This document shows, one piece after another, positions 19,130 through 28,721 of a DNA stretch of 64,000 bases. The stretch comes from Actinomycetota bacterium (GTDB lineage: Bacteria; Actinomycetota; Thermoleophilia; BMS3ABIN01). A program made the position numbers and the translations under genes. Numbering within the stretch: the first letter of the stretch is position 1; every line of letters begins with the position of its first letter. The notes beneath the pieces are model-generated. The model ran no database searches. It saw only the letters and a program-made list of their open reading frames with translations, and had not been told where the DNA came from. Where the stretch lies: assembly GCA_023382335.1 (NCBI GenBank), contig JAMCPM010000002.1:115173-179172 (forward strand), written 5' to 3'.

Positions 19130-20260
19130 CTAGAGCCGACAGGCTCCGGCGTAGCTGCCGCCATAGCCGACGCTGGTAATCGAGACGACCTGGCCCTCGA
19201 AGGGGGCATGGATCATGCTGCCGCCGCCAATATAGATGCCGACGTGGCTGATCGGATGTCCGAAGAATACCAGGTCGCCCGGAGCGAGATCCGAGCGGCT
19301 GATCGGTGTGCCTGAATAATATTGAGCTGACGCCGAGTGGGGGAGGTAGATGCCCATCTGGCCGTAAACGTACATGACCAGGCCGGAACAGTCGAAACCG
19401 CTGGGTGAGGCGCCGCCCCAGACATAAGGGACGCCAAGGTACTGCATCGCTATCGACACTGCGCCCGCGGCTGATGGCGGGGGCGGGCTGCTTGACCCTG
19501 GATCGGGGTCTGGTGATGGAGCTGGCGTTTGCCCGTCCTGTGATGAATCGCTGCCCTGGTCACCGCCGCTTTGTCCTGCCGGTGGAGCCGCCGTCGGGGC
19601 AGACCCGGGAGCTGCGGGGGCCGGTTGTTGTTGCGCCAACATCTGGGCAACGTCGCCCTCGGCGCTTGAGAGCACCGCTTGCCTTGCGGCCAGTTGTGAT
19701 TCTACCGCCGATTTTTCCGAAGCGACCGTGTCGACTAATTCCTGCTGGCGCTGCAGGGTTCGATCAAGTTCATCCCTCGCATTTTCTGCGTCGCTTTTGT
19801 ATCCCAACACCTCATCGATGTCGGACTTGTCCTGGGCGCCGATCTTTCCCAGCAAGTCAAAACGTGACATGAATTCGTTGAATGAGGTGGTGTTTAGAAC
19901 CACTTCCATGAAACTCATGGATCCCTGGCGGTAGATGTTTTCCAAGCGCTTATCAAGCCGCTTCTGGGCTTCGCTTAGCTTGGCGGTAGCGTCGGCCAGC
20001 GCTTTTTCATTCTCTGAAATCTGGCGCCGGGTTTCTTCCAGCTGGGAATTGGCCTGATTGTAACGTTCGACAGCCTGTTCGGCCTCGGAATTGATTGAGG
20101 AAACTTCATTGCGGACGCGGTCCACTTCGGCCTGTTTTGCAGACAGGTCCGTGTCTGCGGCGGCGGTTCCACCCACTAAAAGCAGGGCCGACAAAAGTGC
20201 GCCTGCCACTACCAGCGCCGTCAAGGAGAGATTATGCCGGCTATTTTTGAGGGGCTTCAT
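19130..20260 (-). CDS. NlpC/P60 (C40) peptidoglycan endopeptidase with N-terminal coiled coil and Pro-rich linker (RipA-like)
   Basis: C-terminal catalytic motif YVWGGASPSGFDCSGLVMYVY...HVGIYIG; long coiled-coil region; PAPxPxP linker; signal/TM segment from MKPLKNSRHNLSLTALVVAGALL (ATG at 20260). Confidence 0.8.
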   Translation of the reverse strand: MKPLKNSRHNLSLTALVVAGALLSALLLVGGTAAADTDLSAKQAEVDRVRNEVSSINSEAEQAVERYNQANSQLEETRRQISENEKALADATAKLSEAQKRLDKRLENIYRQGSMSFMEVVLNTTSFNEFMSRFDLLGKIGAQDKSDIDEVLGYKSDAENARDELDRTLQRQQELVDTVASEKSAVESQLAARQAVLSSAEGDVAQMLAQQQPAPAAPGSAPTAAPPAGQSGGDQGSDSSQDGQTPAPSPDPDPGSSSPPPPSAAGAVSIAMQYLGVPYVWGGASPSGFDCSGLVMYVYGQMGIYLPHSASAQYYSGTPISRSDLAPGDLVFFGHPISHVGIYIGGGSMIHAPFEGQVVSITSVGYGGSYAGACRL

Positions 20261-20455
20261 TTTAATGACCGCTTTCGTTTCCGTTTTTGACGTGGGGACG
20301 CCAGTGATCTTCCCCGCATCCGGGCCTTGAATCGCCACAATAGTCTGTTTCAACCCTGATCTGCGAACCCCTGCAAAAAGGTTCAGGCCATTAAAGGATG
20401 TTCAAAAGGGACCGATGGGACCAGTAATCTGCAGGTTTCACCATTTGGGGCGGTA

Positions 20456-22213
20456 ATGCGATCTTCTTTTACGCGGACCAGGGCATTTCTTTATTGCGTA
20501 GCAGGGGCGGCAGCGGGTCTGATCTATGCCGTCTTTGCCTATCTCATCGTTGCCAGGTTCGGCAGTGACCATGAAGCCATGCATATAGGTGTAGCGCCCA
20601 TCCTTGCAGGAGCTGCCGCCTATGTGATTGGCAGGGAAGCCGACCGCATAAACAAGCAGTCACAAATGCTTGCCGACGCCAAACAGCAATTCTCCGCCCT
20701 GACCCATGCCGCCATCACCCAGCGAGACTGGAATGTCAGCTTTGAAGATCCTCAGATTCCCACTTGCTGGGAAGTGAAGAACTGTGAGGCCAAGGATTGC
20801 CCTTCATACGGTAAACATCATGTCCGTTGCTGGCTGGTCGCCGGGACCTTCTGCCGCGGTGAAGTCCAGGGGCGCTTTGCCCAGAAGCTCGGTGACTGCG
20901 CTAAATGCGAGGTCTACCAGCTTTCGACCGAACGGGATCCCATCGATGAGATCGGTGAGAATTTCAACAGTCTGATGTGGGCCTTGCGCGAGAAAGAAGA
21001 GATGCTCTCCGAAACGAATGATGAGTTGCAGAGCCAGTACGGTGAACTCGAGCTGTTGCACAGGCAGGCACGTGAGCGAGCGGATACGGATATGTTAACC
21101 GGCTTGCGCAATCACGCGCATTTTCAGGATCACCTTCACAGTGAAGTCGAAAAGGCCCTGGCGCTAAAACAGCCGCTGTCACTAATCATGCTCGACCTGG
21201 ACCGGTTTAAATCCGTCAATGATGAATTCGGCCATCAGAAAGGGGATGAGGTCCTGCAGCTGGTTGGCAAGCTGATCCGCGATGAGATCGGGAATTCGGC
21301 TTATGGAGCGCGGTATGGGGGCGAGGAGTTCGCTATCGTCATGCCTTCGACATCAGCGAAGCTGGCAATTGAGACAGCTGATAACCTGCGTCGCCGAATG
21401 AAATCTTTAGAAGATGAAGTCAGTCTGCCGCCGGGATTCGTAGGCGGCAGCTTTGGAGTGGCTGATCTGCCCCATTGTGCCAGTGACGCCGACAGCCTGA
21501 TATCCGCATCTGATGCGGCCCTTCTGTTCGCCAAACGCAAAGGGAGGGACCGGGTAGCATATTTCCGTGATCTTTCTGACACGGAGCTTCGCGCTGGTGA
21601 CATGGACAAGCTTCACAGCCGTCTCGAGGGAGCCAGCCTGCAGACTATTCGTGCGCTGGCCGAGGCGGTCGACGCCAGCGATCAATATTCCAAATGCGAC
21701 CAGTCGCAGATGGCCAGAGTTGCAGCAGCAATGGCTGAGCGGCTTGGTATGGAGGAGGAGAAAGCCGATGCCCTGGCACTGGCGGCGAGGCTGCACGACA
21801 TAGGCAAAGTGGGTGTCCCGAGCTCGATCCTGCGGAAGAAGGAAAAACTGTCGCCGGCAGAGCTGTTACTGGTTCAGCAGCACCCTGCGATCGGCCAACG
21901 TCTCCTAAAGGAAGTCGAACAGATACAGGAGTTGATCCAGGCAATCCTCTATCATCACGAGCGCTGGGACGGCCAGGGATATCCCGAGAAGCTCAGGGGA
22001 GAACAGATTCCGGTAATGGCCCGCGTGATCGGTATCATGGATGCTTACCGGGCGATGCTCAGCGATCGCCCCTATCGCAAGGCGCTCACTCCCGCCGCAG
22101 CGATTCAGGAGTTGCGCAAGGGAGCCGGGAGCCAGTTTGATCCGCAGCTCGTAGAGATATTTGTCGAGTTGATCGGCAAAGACCAGGCTCCGAAGCTGCG
22201 GCATGCCGGATGA
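20456..22213 (+). CDS. membrane protein with conserved 8-Cys module + GGDEF diguanylate cyclase + HD-GYP phosphodiesterase domains
   Basis: Two TM helices; Cys module CWEVKNCEAKDCPSYGKHHVRCWLVAGTFCRGEVQGRFAQKLGDCAKCEVY; GGDEF with RYGGEEF; HD-GYP with HDIGKVGVP and HHERWDGQGYP. Confidence 0.85.
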   Translation: MRSSFTRTRAFLYCVAGAAAGLIYAVFAYLIVARFGSDHEAMHIGVAPILAGAAAYVIGREADRINKQSQMLADAKQQFSALTHAAITQRDWNVSFEDPQIPTCWEVKNCEAKDCPSYGKHHVRCWLVAGTFCRGEVQGRFAQKLGDCAKCEVYQLSTERDPIDEIGENFNSLMWALREKEEMLSETNDELQSQYGELELLHRQARERADTDMLTGLRNHAHFQDHLHSEVEKALALKQPLSLIMLDLDRFKSVNDEFGHQKGDEVLQLVGKLIRDEIGNSAYGARYGGEEFAIVMPSTSAKLAIETADNLRRRMKSLEDEVSLPPGFVGGSFGVADLPHCASDADSLISASDAALLFAKRKGRDRVAYFRDLSDTELRAGDMDKLHSRLEGASLQTIRALAEAVDASDQYSKCDQSQMARVAAAMAERLGMEEEKADALALAARLHDIGKVGVPSSILRKKEKLSPAELLLVQQHPAIGQRLLKEVEQIQELIQAILYHHERWDGQGYPEKLRGEQIPVMARVIGIMDAYRAMLSDRPYRKALTPAAAIQELRKGAGSQFDPQLVEIFVELIGKDQAPKLRHAG

Positions 22214-22235
22214 TTAGCCGGGCGATGCTCTCGTT

Positions 22236-24032
22236 ATGATCGATTTCCTCTCGAAAAGATTGTCATCAATGAAGCGGATCCTGTTTGTGATGCTAGCTTT
22301 CGGCTTGTCCATAGGCCTGGTGTTCCCATATATCGCCAGCCCCTTTGTCACATGGGATCCAGAAAAGAAGATCTATTTCCGCCTTGCATGCCTGGCCGCG
22401 GGTCTGGCCGTAGGCTCATTCTGTTATTACCTCGTTAAGATCACCCTTTATCAGCGCAACAAGATGCTTGCCCTCCAGAAACGCGAACTGGAGGAAGCCA
22501 AATCTCGCTTCGGTTCATTGACCCATAATGCCATCGAATCGCAGATGTGGGATGTGAGCTTCGAAGATTCACGGGTTCCGACCTGCTGGCAGACCAAGGA
22601 TTGCAGCCAGGGGGATTGTCCCGCTTTCGGACGGGAACATCTGCGCTGTTGGTTGATAGCCGGGACTTACTGTGGGGGCCAGATACAGGGCCGGTTTGCC
22701 CAGAAGCTCGGTGACTGTTCCAAATGCGATGTCTATTTGCAGGCGGTTGGAGAAAATCCTATCAGCGAGATCGGTGAAAACTTCAACAGCCTGATGCTGG
22801 CCGTCAGGGAGAAGGAGGACCTGCTGGCGGCTGCTAACGAGGAACTGAAAGATCAATATATTGAGCTGGAGCTGCTGCACAGGCAGGCGCGTGAGATGGC
22901 AAACACGGATCTGCTCACAGGGTTGCGAAACCATGCCCATTTTCAGCATCATATCCGCTGGGAGATCGATAAGGCCGGGCAAGGCAGCCTGCCGCTTTCT
23001 CTGATCATGCTCGATCTCGACCATTTCAAGTCAATTAACGACAGCTACGGGCATCAAAAAGGAGACGAAGTCCTCAAGCGGGTCGGCAAGAAGCTCAGTG
23101 AAGAGATTAAGAGTGGGGGCTACGCCGCCAGATACGGCGGCGAGGAGTTTGTCGTCCTGTTGCCGGGCTCGGTGGCAGAAAAGGCGATGGCCATCGCCGA
23201 CAGGTTGAGAGACAGCATCAAGGAGATCGCCGGCGAGATCGAGCTGCCCCAACGGGCAGTCGGCGCCAGCTTCGGTGTGGCCGATCTGCCTGAGTGTGCC
23301 AGCGATGCCGGCAGCCTTATCTCTGCGGCCGATTCGGCGTTGCTTTTTGCCAAGCGCCGGGGGCGCGACCGGGTAGCATATTTCAAGGACCTCAACGGCA
23401 CCGAACTCCAGGAAGGCGATGTCGAGCGCCTGCACAATCGGCTCGAAGGCGCCAGCCTGCAAACGATCCGGGCGCTGGCCGAGGCGGTCGACGCCAACGA
23501 CGACTACACGCTAGAGGCCAGCAGTTCCATGGATGGCGTCGCGGCTGCCCTGGCCGAGCAGCTCGGCCTCGATAAGGAGCAGGCGGACACGCTGTTTCTG
23601 GCCTCGAGACTTCACGACATCGGCAAAATCGGTGTGCCGGGGTCCATCCTCAGGAAGACAGAGAAACTTTCAGTGGAAGAACTGGCAAAGCTGCAACAAC
23701 ATCCCGAAATCGGGCAGCGGATACTCCAGGAAGCGATGCAACTCCAGGATCTGATCTCCGCCATTCTCTATCATCACGAGCGCTGGGATGGGACCGGCTA
23801 TCCCGAGAGGCTTCATGGTAAGCAGATTCCTCTGACGGCGCGGATCGTCGGCATCATGGATGCGTACCGGGCAATGCGCTCTGACCGCCCTTACCGCAAA
23901 GCGCTTAGCCGCGAGAACGCGATCACCGAACTCGAGAAGGGAGCCGGCACCCAGTTCGATCCACGGCTGGTAAAGAAGTTCGTCGAGCTTGCCCGCCAGG
24001 ACAACGTCGAGAAATTTCGCCGCGCCGGTTAG
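22236..24032 (+). CDS. paralogous 8-Cys module + GGDEF + HD-GYP membrane protein (tandem duplicate)
   Basis: Same architecture: CWQTKDCSQGDCPAFGREHLRCWLIAGTYCGGQIQGRFAQKLGDCSKCDVY; RYGGEEF; HDIGKIGVP; HHERWDGTGYP. Confidence 0.85.
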   Translation: MIDFLSKRLSSMKRILFVMLAFGLSIGLVFPYIASPFVTWDPEKKIYFRLACLAAGLAVGSFCYYLVKITLYQRNKMLALQKRELEEAKSRFGSLTHNAIESQMWDVSFEDSRVPTCWQTKDCSQGDCPAFGREHLRCWLIAGTYCGGQIQGRFAQKLGDCSKCDVYLQAVGENPISEIGENFNSLMLAVREKEDLLAAANEELKDQYIELELLHRQAREMANTDLLTGLRNHAHFQHHIRWEIDKAGQGSLPLSLIMLDLDHFKSINDSYGHQKGDEVLKRVGKKLSEEIKSGGYAARYGGEEFVVLLPGSVAEKAMAIADRLRDSIKEIAGEIELPQRAVGASFGVADLPECASDAGSLISAADSALLFAKRRGRDRVAYFKDLNGTELQEGDVERLHNRLEGASLQTIRALAEAVDANDDYTLEASSSMDGVAAALAEQLGLDKEQADTLFLASRLHDIGKIGVPGSILRKTEKLSVEELAKLQQHPEIGQRILQEAMQLQDLISAILYHHERWDGTGYPERLHGKQIPLTARIVGIMDAYRAMRSDRPYRKALSRENAITELEKGAGTQFDPRLVKKFVELARQDNVEKFRRAG

Positions 24033-24155
24033 CAGACCGCTCCGCCTTAAGTTGAAATCTTCCTCGAACTTCAATATCATACTTTCCCAATGGCCTCAGT
24101 TGTTGCGAACAATTCTGTTGCGCAGGAACCGGCCTCCCCCGCGGGAGGCAGTTTA

Positions 24156-24221
24156 GTGCTGCCCGCCGCGATCTCCCTCCAGAGCTTGCTTCTCCTCCCC
24201 CTGTCGGGGGAGATTATCTAG
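24156..24221 (+). CDS. putative leu operon leader peptide (Leu-codon-rich): VLPAAISLQSLLLLPLSGEII
   Basis: GGGAGG Shine-Dalgarno 7 nt before GTG 24156 (alternative ATG at 24090). Run TTG CTT CTC CTC ... CTG encodes LLLL-P-L within a GC hairpin; a further hairpin plus T-rich tract lies before leuA. Confidence 0.4.
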   Translation: MLPAAISLQSLLLLPLSGEII

Positions 24222-24223
24222 TA

Positions 24224-24262
24224 GTTTGCCCGTGCGGCAAACCTGCCATCTTTATTCCGTTT
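24224..24262 (+). terminator. candidate attenuator terminator upstream of leuA
   Basis: GTTTGCC-cgtg-GGCAAAC hairpin followed by T-rich CTGCCATCTTTATTCCGTTTTATC. Confidence 0.4.
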
Positions 24263-24293
24263 TATCAAACCTTGGATGGTTTTAGGAGAAGCA

Positions 24294-25814
24294 ATGGACC
24301 CTCATCGTATTACCATATTTGACACGACGCTGCGGGACGGCGAACAGTCCCCCGGCATCAGTCTCAATTCCTTCGAGAAGCTGGAGATTGCCGAGCAGCT
24401 GGCGCGGCTGGGAGTCGACGTCATCGAAGCCGGCTTTCCGATATCGTCTCCCGGCGATTTCGAAGGCGTTGAAAAGATCGCCCGCAATGTTTCCGGTGTG
24501 ACTATCTGCGCCCTGGCGCGGGCCATGGAGAAAGACGTGCGCACAGCCTGGGACGCGATCAGGGAAGCTGAGCGCCCCCGCATCCATACTTTCATTTCAA
24601 CCAGCGACGTTCATCTCAAGCATCAGTTGCGCAAGACGCGCGAGGAAGTGCTGGAGGCAGCCAAACGCATAGTCGCGCTGGCTGTGAGCCTGTGCGATGA
24701 TGTCGAGTTCTCGGCCATGGATGCCACCCGTAGCGACCCAGACTACCTGGCCGCGGTGTTGCAGGCGGCAATCGACGAGGGCGCCACCACCATCAATATT
24801 CCTGATACCGTCGGTTACGCCATTCCCAGCGAGTTCGGCGATTTCATCCGGGAGCAGTTCAAGAAGGCCCCCGGCCTGAAAGACGTGGCCGTGAGCGTGC
24901 ATTGCCATAACGATCTGGGCCTGGCGGTTGCAAATTCCCTGGCGGCGGTAGAGAACGGCGCTACCCAAGTGGAATGCGCTATCAACGGTCTGGGGGAACG
25001 TGCGGGCAATGCTTCCCTGGAAGAGATCGTTATGATCCTGGAGACCCGCAAGCGCACGCTGGGACGGGCGACCGGCGTCAAGACCGTGGAGATTGCGCGC
25101 ACCAGCCGCCTGGTGAGCCAGCTGACCGGGTACGACGTGCAGCCCAACAAGGCGATTGTGGGCAAGAACGCTTTTGCTCACGAGTCCGGCATCCACCAGG
25201 ACGGCGTGCTGAAGGAGCGCACAACCTATGAGATCATGAATGCGGCCAGCGTCGGCCGGGGGCAGAGCGACCTGGTGCTGGGCAAGCACTCCGGGCGCCA
25301 CGCTCTCAAGGCGGCGATGGAAGAGCTGGGTTATAACCTGAGCGAGGAGGACCTCAACCAGGCTTTTGTGCATTTCAAGAAGGTCGCGGACAAGAAGAAG
25401 CAGATCACCGCGGTCGACCTGGAGCATCTGGTCAGCGAAGAGATACGCGAGCTCACGGATATATATGAGCTGAAGTCATACGAGGTCAGTTCCAGTTCGG
25501 AGTTCGTCCCGACCTGTCAGGTGATCATAGAAAAGGAAGGGGAGAAGCTGCTGGGCAAGAGTTTCTCCGGCGGATCGATGGAATCTATCTTCAAGGCCAT
25601 CGATGACGCCGTAGGCACCAAGGGCAAGCTGAAGGATTACCAGGTGCGTTCCGTGACCGAGGGCAAGGATTCCCTCGGCGAGGTGCGCGTCGTGGTCGAG
25701 GTACAAGGCAAGGCGTATGCGGGCACGGCGCTGTCGATCGATGTGGTCGAGGCCAGCGCCAAGGCATATGTCCGCGCGCTCAATAATGCATACAGAGCCG
25801 GGGCGGTGACATAG
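24294..25814 (+). CDS. leuA: 2-isopropylmalate synthase
   Basis: ITIFDTTLRDGEQSPGIS HMGL-like TIM barrel plus LeuA dimerisation domain. AGGAG RBS before ATG 24294 (in-frame ATG also at 24276). Confidence 0.9.
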   Translation: MDPHRITIFDTTLRDGEQSPGISLNSFEKLEIAEQLARLGVDVIEAGFPISSPGDFEGVEKIARNVSGVTICALARAMEKDVRTAWDAIREAERPRIHTFISTSDVHLKHQLRKTREEVLEAAKRIVALAVSLCDDVEFSAMDATRSDPDYLAAVLQAAIDEGATTINIPDTVGYAIPSEFGDFIREQFKKAPGLKDVAVSVHCHNDLGLAVANSLAAVENGATQVECAINGLGERAGNASLEEIVMILETRKRTLGRATGVKTVEIARTSRLVSQLTGYDVQPNKAIVGKNAFAHESGIHQDGVLKERTTYEIMNAASVGRGQSDLVLGKHSGRHALKAAMEELGYNLSEEDLNQAFVHFKKVADKKKQITAVDLEHLVSEEIRELTDIYELKSYEVSSSSEFVPTCQVIIEKEGEKLLGKSFSGGSMESIFKAIDDAVGTKGKLKDYQVRSVTEGKDSLGEVRVVVEVQGKAYAGTALSIDVVEASAKAYVRALNNAYRAGAVT

Positions 25815-27086
25815 ATGGCAAGACCAATGAATATAACCGAGAAGATCCTGGCGCGCTCCTGCGGCCGGGAGGATGTTCAGCCCGGCGATTTCATCAACGC
25901 CAGGCTGGATCTGGCGCTGGCAAACGACATCACGGCGCCGCTGGCTATCAAGGAGTTTGAGTCGGCGGGAATCGAGCGGGTCTGGGACCCGGAGAAAGTC
26001 GTCATGGTATGCGACCACTTTGTTCCCAATAAGGACATAAAATCAGCCGAGCAGACCAAGCTGGTGCGCGATTTCGCGCGTCGTCAGGGGCTGGTTAATT
26101 TCTTTGACGTCGGACGGATGGGCATCGAGCATGTGATCCTGCCGGAGAAAGGCCTGGTTGTGCCCGGAGATGTCGTGATAGGCGCCGATTCCCATACCTG
26201 CACATACGGGGCGCTGGGAGCTTTCGCCACGGGCGTCGGCAGCACGGATCTGGCGGCCGGCATGGCCACCGGGGAAGTCTGGTTGCGGGTTCCGGAGACG
26301 ATCAGGTTCAATTACGAAGGCGAGCCGGGGCGCTATGTGACCGGCAAGGATTACATCCTCTACACCATCGGCATGGTCGGCGTCGACGGGGCGCTCTACC
26401 AGTCCATGGAGTTCGCTGGCGGCGCCATCAGGAACCTGTCGATGGACGGACGCTTCACCATGTGCAACATGGCCATCGAGGCCGGCGGCAAGAGCGGCAT
26501 CGTCGAACCCGACGCAGTCACCGAGGAATATTGCCGCGGGCGGGCCCTGCGGGAGCCTGTGATGCTGGCGAGCGATGAGGCGGCCGGCTACATGCGCGTC
26601 ATAGATATAGACGTCTGCACGATCGAGCCGCAGGTGGCAAAGCCGCATCTGCCTTCCAATTCCGTGCCGGCCTCCGAGCTTGCCGGTCTGAAGATCGATC
26701 AGGTGGTCATAGGTTCCTGCACCAACGGTCGTATCGAGGACTTGAGGATGGCGGCGGAGGTGCTCAAGGGGCACAAGGTCCATCCTGACATCAGGACCCT
26801 GGTCTTCCCCGGAAGCCAGCAGGTCTATCGGCAGGCTATGAAGGAAGGGCTGATAGACATCTTCGTCGAGGCTGAGGCCGCGGTCAGCACGCCGACGTGC
26901 GGTCCCTGCCTGGGTGGCCACATGGGCATTCTGGCTGCCGGCGAGCGTTGCGTCTCGACGACCAACCGCAATTTCGTTGGCCGGATGGGCCACCCCGAGA
27001 GCGAAGTATATCTGGCCGGGCCTTATGTGGCCGCGGCCACGGCGGTAGCCGGTACGGTGACGGTTCCACAGGAGGTGCTGGCATGA
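25815..27086 (+). CDS. leuC: 3-isopropylmalate dehydratase large subunit
   Basis: Aconitase-family catalytic domain, 423 aa (short LeuC/HACN type); ATAGATG junction with the leuA stop. Confidence 0.85.
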   Translation: MARPMNITEKILARSCGREDVQPGDFINARLDLALANDITAPLAIKEFESAGIERVWDPEKVVMVCDHFVPNKDIKSAEQTKLVRDFARRQGLVNFFDVGRMGIEHVILPEKGLVVPGDVVIGADSHTCTYGALGAFATGVGSTDLAAGMATGEVWLRVPETIRFNYEGEPGRYVTGKDYILYTIGMVGVDGALYQSMEFAGGAIRNLSMDGRFTMCNMAIEAGGKSGIVEPDAVTEEYCRGRALREPVMLASDEAAGYMRVIDIDVCTIEPQVAKPHLPSNSVPASELAGLKIDQVVIGSCTNGRIEDLRMAAEVLKGHKVHPDIRTLVFPGSQQVYRQAMKEGLIDIFVEAEAAVSTPTCGPCLGGHMGILAAGERCVSTTNRNFVGRMGHPESEVYLAGPYVAAATAVAGTVTVPQEVLA

Positions 27087-27123
27087 CGATCGATTTCGGC
27101 AATTGCGACAGGGCGGTGCCCTC

Positions 27124-27627
27124 ATGATCTTCGAAGGCACAGCACACACATATGGGCGCGACGTCGATACCGACGTCATCATCCCGGCGCGGTATCTGAA
27201 CACGCATGATCCCGACGAGCTCGCGGCCCATTGCATGGAAGACATCGACAAGGATTTCATCGAGCGGGTGCAACCGGGCGACATCATCGTCGCCGGGGAG
27301 AACTTCGGCTGCGGCTCTTCCAGGGAACAGGCGCCGGTAGCGATCAAGGCTGCGGGGGTTTCCTGCGTGGTCGCGGCTTCGTTTGCGCGGATCTTCTATC
27401 GCAACGCCATCAACATCGGGCTGCCGATCCTGGTATGTCCGGAGGCGGCGCGCGATGTGAAGAGCGGCGACCGGCTCAAGGTTGATCTGGACAAGGGCGA
27501 GGTCGAGGACCTGACCCAGGACCGCACATTCCAGGCGGACCGGTTTCCCGAATTCATGCAGAAGATCGTGACTGCGGGAGGCCTGATGAACTATGTCAAG
27601 GAACGGAGCGGAGGATCGAATGCATAA
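27124..27627 (+). CDS. leuD: 3-isopropylmalate dehydratase small subunit
   Basis: MIFEGTAHTYGRDVDTDVIIPARYL aconitase swivel domain, about 167 aa. Confidence 0.85.
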   Translation: MIFEGTAHTYGRDVDTDVIIPARYLNTHDPDELAAHCMEDIDKDFIERVQPGDIIVAGENFGCGSSREQAPVAIKAAGVSCVVAASFARIFYRNAINIGLPILVCPEAARDVKSGDRLKVDLDKGEVEDLTQDRTFQADRFPEFMQKIVTAGGLMNYVKERSGGSNA

Positions 27628-28678
27628 CATAGCTGTCATGCCCGGCGACGGAACCGGACCCGAAGTCGTTCGCGAAGGGCTGAAGGTCCTCGCCGCGGCT
27701 GCGTTGCGATTCGGTTTCGAGTACGAGACCACCGACTATGATTTTGGCGGCGACCGGTATCTGAAGACCGGTGAGACCCTGCCGGACTCGGCCCTGGAGG
27801 AGCTCAAGGGCCACGACGCCATCTTCCTGGGCGCCATCGGGCATCCCGACGTCAAGCCGGGCATACTGGAGCAGGGAATCCTGCTCAAGGCGCGTTTCGA
27901 GCTGGACCAGTATATAAATCTGCGGCCGGTCAAGTTGTTCCCCGGTGTGGAGACGCCGGTCAAGGACAAGGGACCGGAAGACATCGATTTCGTGGTCGTC
28001 CGCGAGAACACCGAGGGCCTCTATGTCGGCGCCGGCGGCTTCCTCAAAAAGGGAAAGCCCGATGAGGTGGCCATACAGGAGAGCATCAACACCCGCAAGG
28101 GCGTCGAGCGTTGCATCCGCTACGCATTTGATTATTGCCAGCGCCGTGGCAAGGACAACAAGCTGACCATGTGCGGCAAGACCAACGTGCTCAACTATTC
28201 GCAGGACCTGTGGATGCGGACCTTCAACGAGACGGCGCCGGATTATCCGGGAGTGAAGCCCGATTACGCGCACGTGGACGCCATCTGCATGTGGTTCATC
28301 AAGAACCCGGAATGGTTCGACGTCATCGTCACCGACAACATCTTCGGCGACATCATCACCGACCTCGGGGCGATGATCCAGGGCGGCATGGGCATCGCCG
28401 CGGGCGGCAACATCAATCCTGAGGGCGTTTCCATGTTCGAGCCGATCGGCGGCTCGGCCCCGAAATACACGGGCCAGAATGTGATCAACCCTCTTGCGGC
28501 GATAGCCGCAGTGCAGATGATGCTCGAGTTTTTGGGAGAAAACGAGGCGGGCGCCGCGGTCGAGGCCGCGATAACGGATGTCACGGCCAACAAGCTCGAC
28601 AGCCTGGCGGTCGGCCGGACTGGATATTCAACATCAGAGATCGGCGACATGGTGGCCGAGAGGGTAGCCACTAGCTAA
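27620..28678 (+). CDS. leuB: 3-isopropylmalate dehydrogenase
   Basis: MHNIAVMPGDGTGPEVV isocitrate/isopropylmalate dehydrogenase family N-terminus; operon context; overlaps the leuD end. Confidence 0.85.
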   Translation: MHNIAVMPGDGTGPEVVREGLKVLAAAALRFGFEYETTDYDFGGDRYLKTGETLPDSALEELKGHDAIFLGAIGHPDVKPGILEQGILLKARFELDQYINLRPVKLFPGVETPVKDKGPEDIDFVVVRENTEGLYVGAGGFLKKGKPDEVAIQESINTRKGVERCIRYAFDYCQRRGKDNKLTMCGKTNVLNYSQDLWMRTFNETAPDYPGVKPDYAHVDAICMWFIKNPEWFDVIVTDNIFGDIITDLGAMIQGGMGIAAGGNINPEGVSMFEPIGGSAPKYTGQNVINPLAAIAAVQMMLEFLGENEAGAAVEAAITDVTANKLDSLAVGRTGYSTSEIGDMVAERVATS

Positions 28679-28721
28679 CCAGTCCGGAGCGCGCCGGCGC
28701 CGGAAGGCTGAAAGGAGTCTC

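Noticed and set aside
24276-24293. Upstream in-frame ATG (MVLGEAMDPH...) as the leuA start
   Set aside because: The AGGAG RBS lies between the two ATGs with optimal spacing to ATG 24294 only, and LeuA homologues start near MDPHRITIFDTTLRDGEQ.
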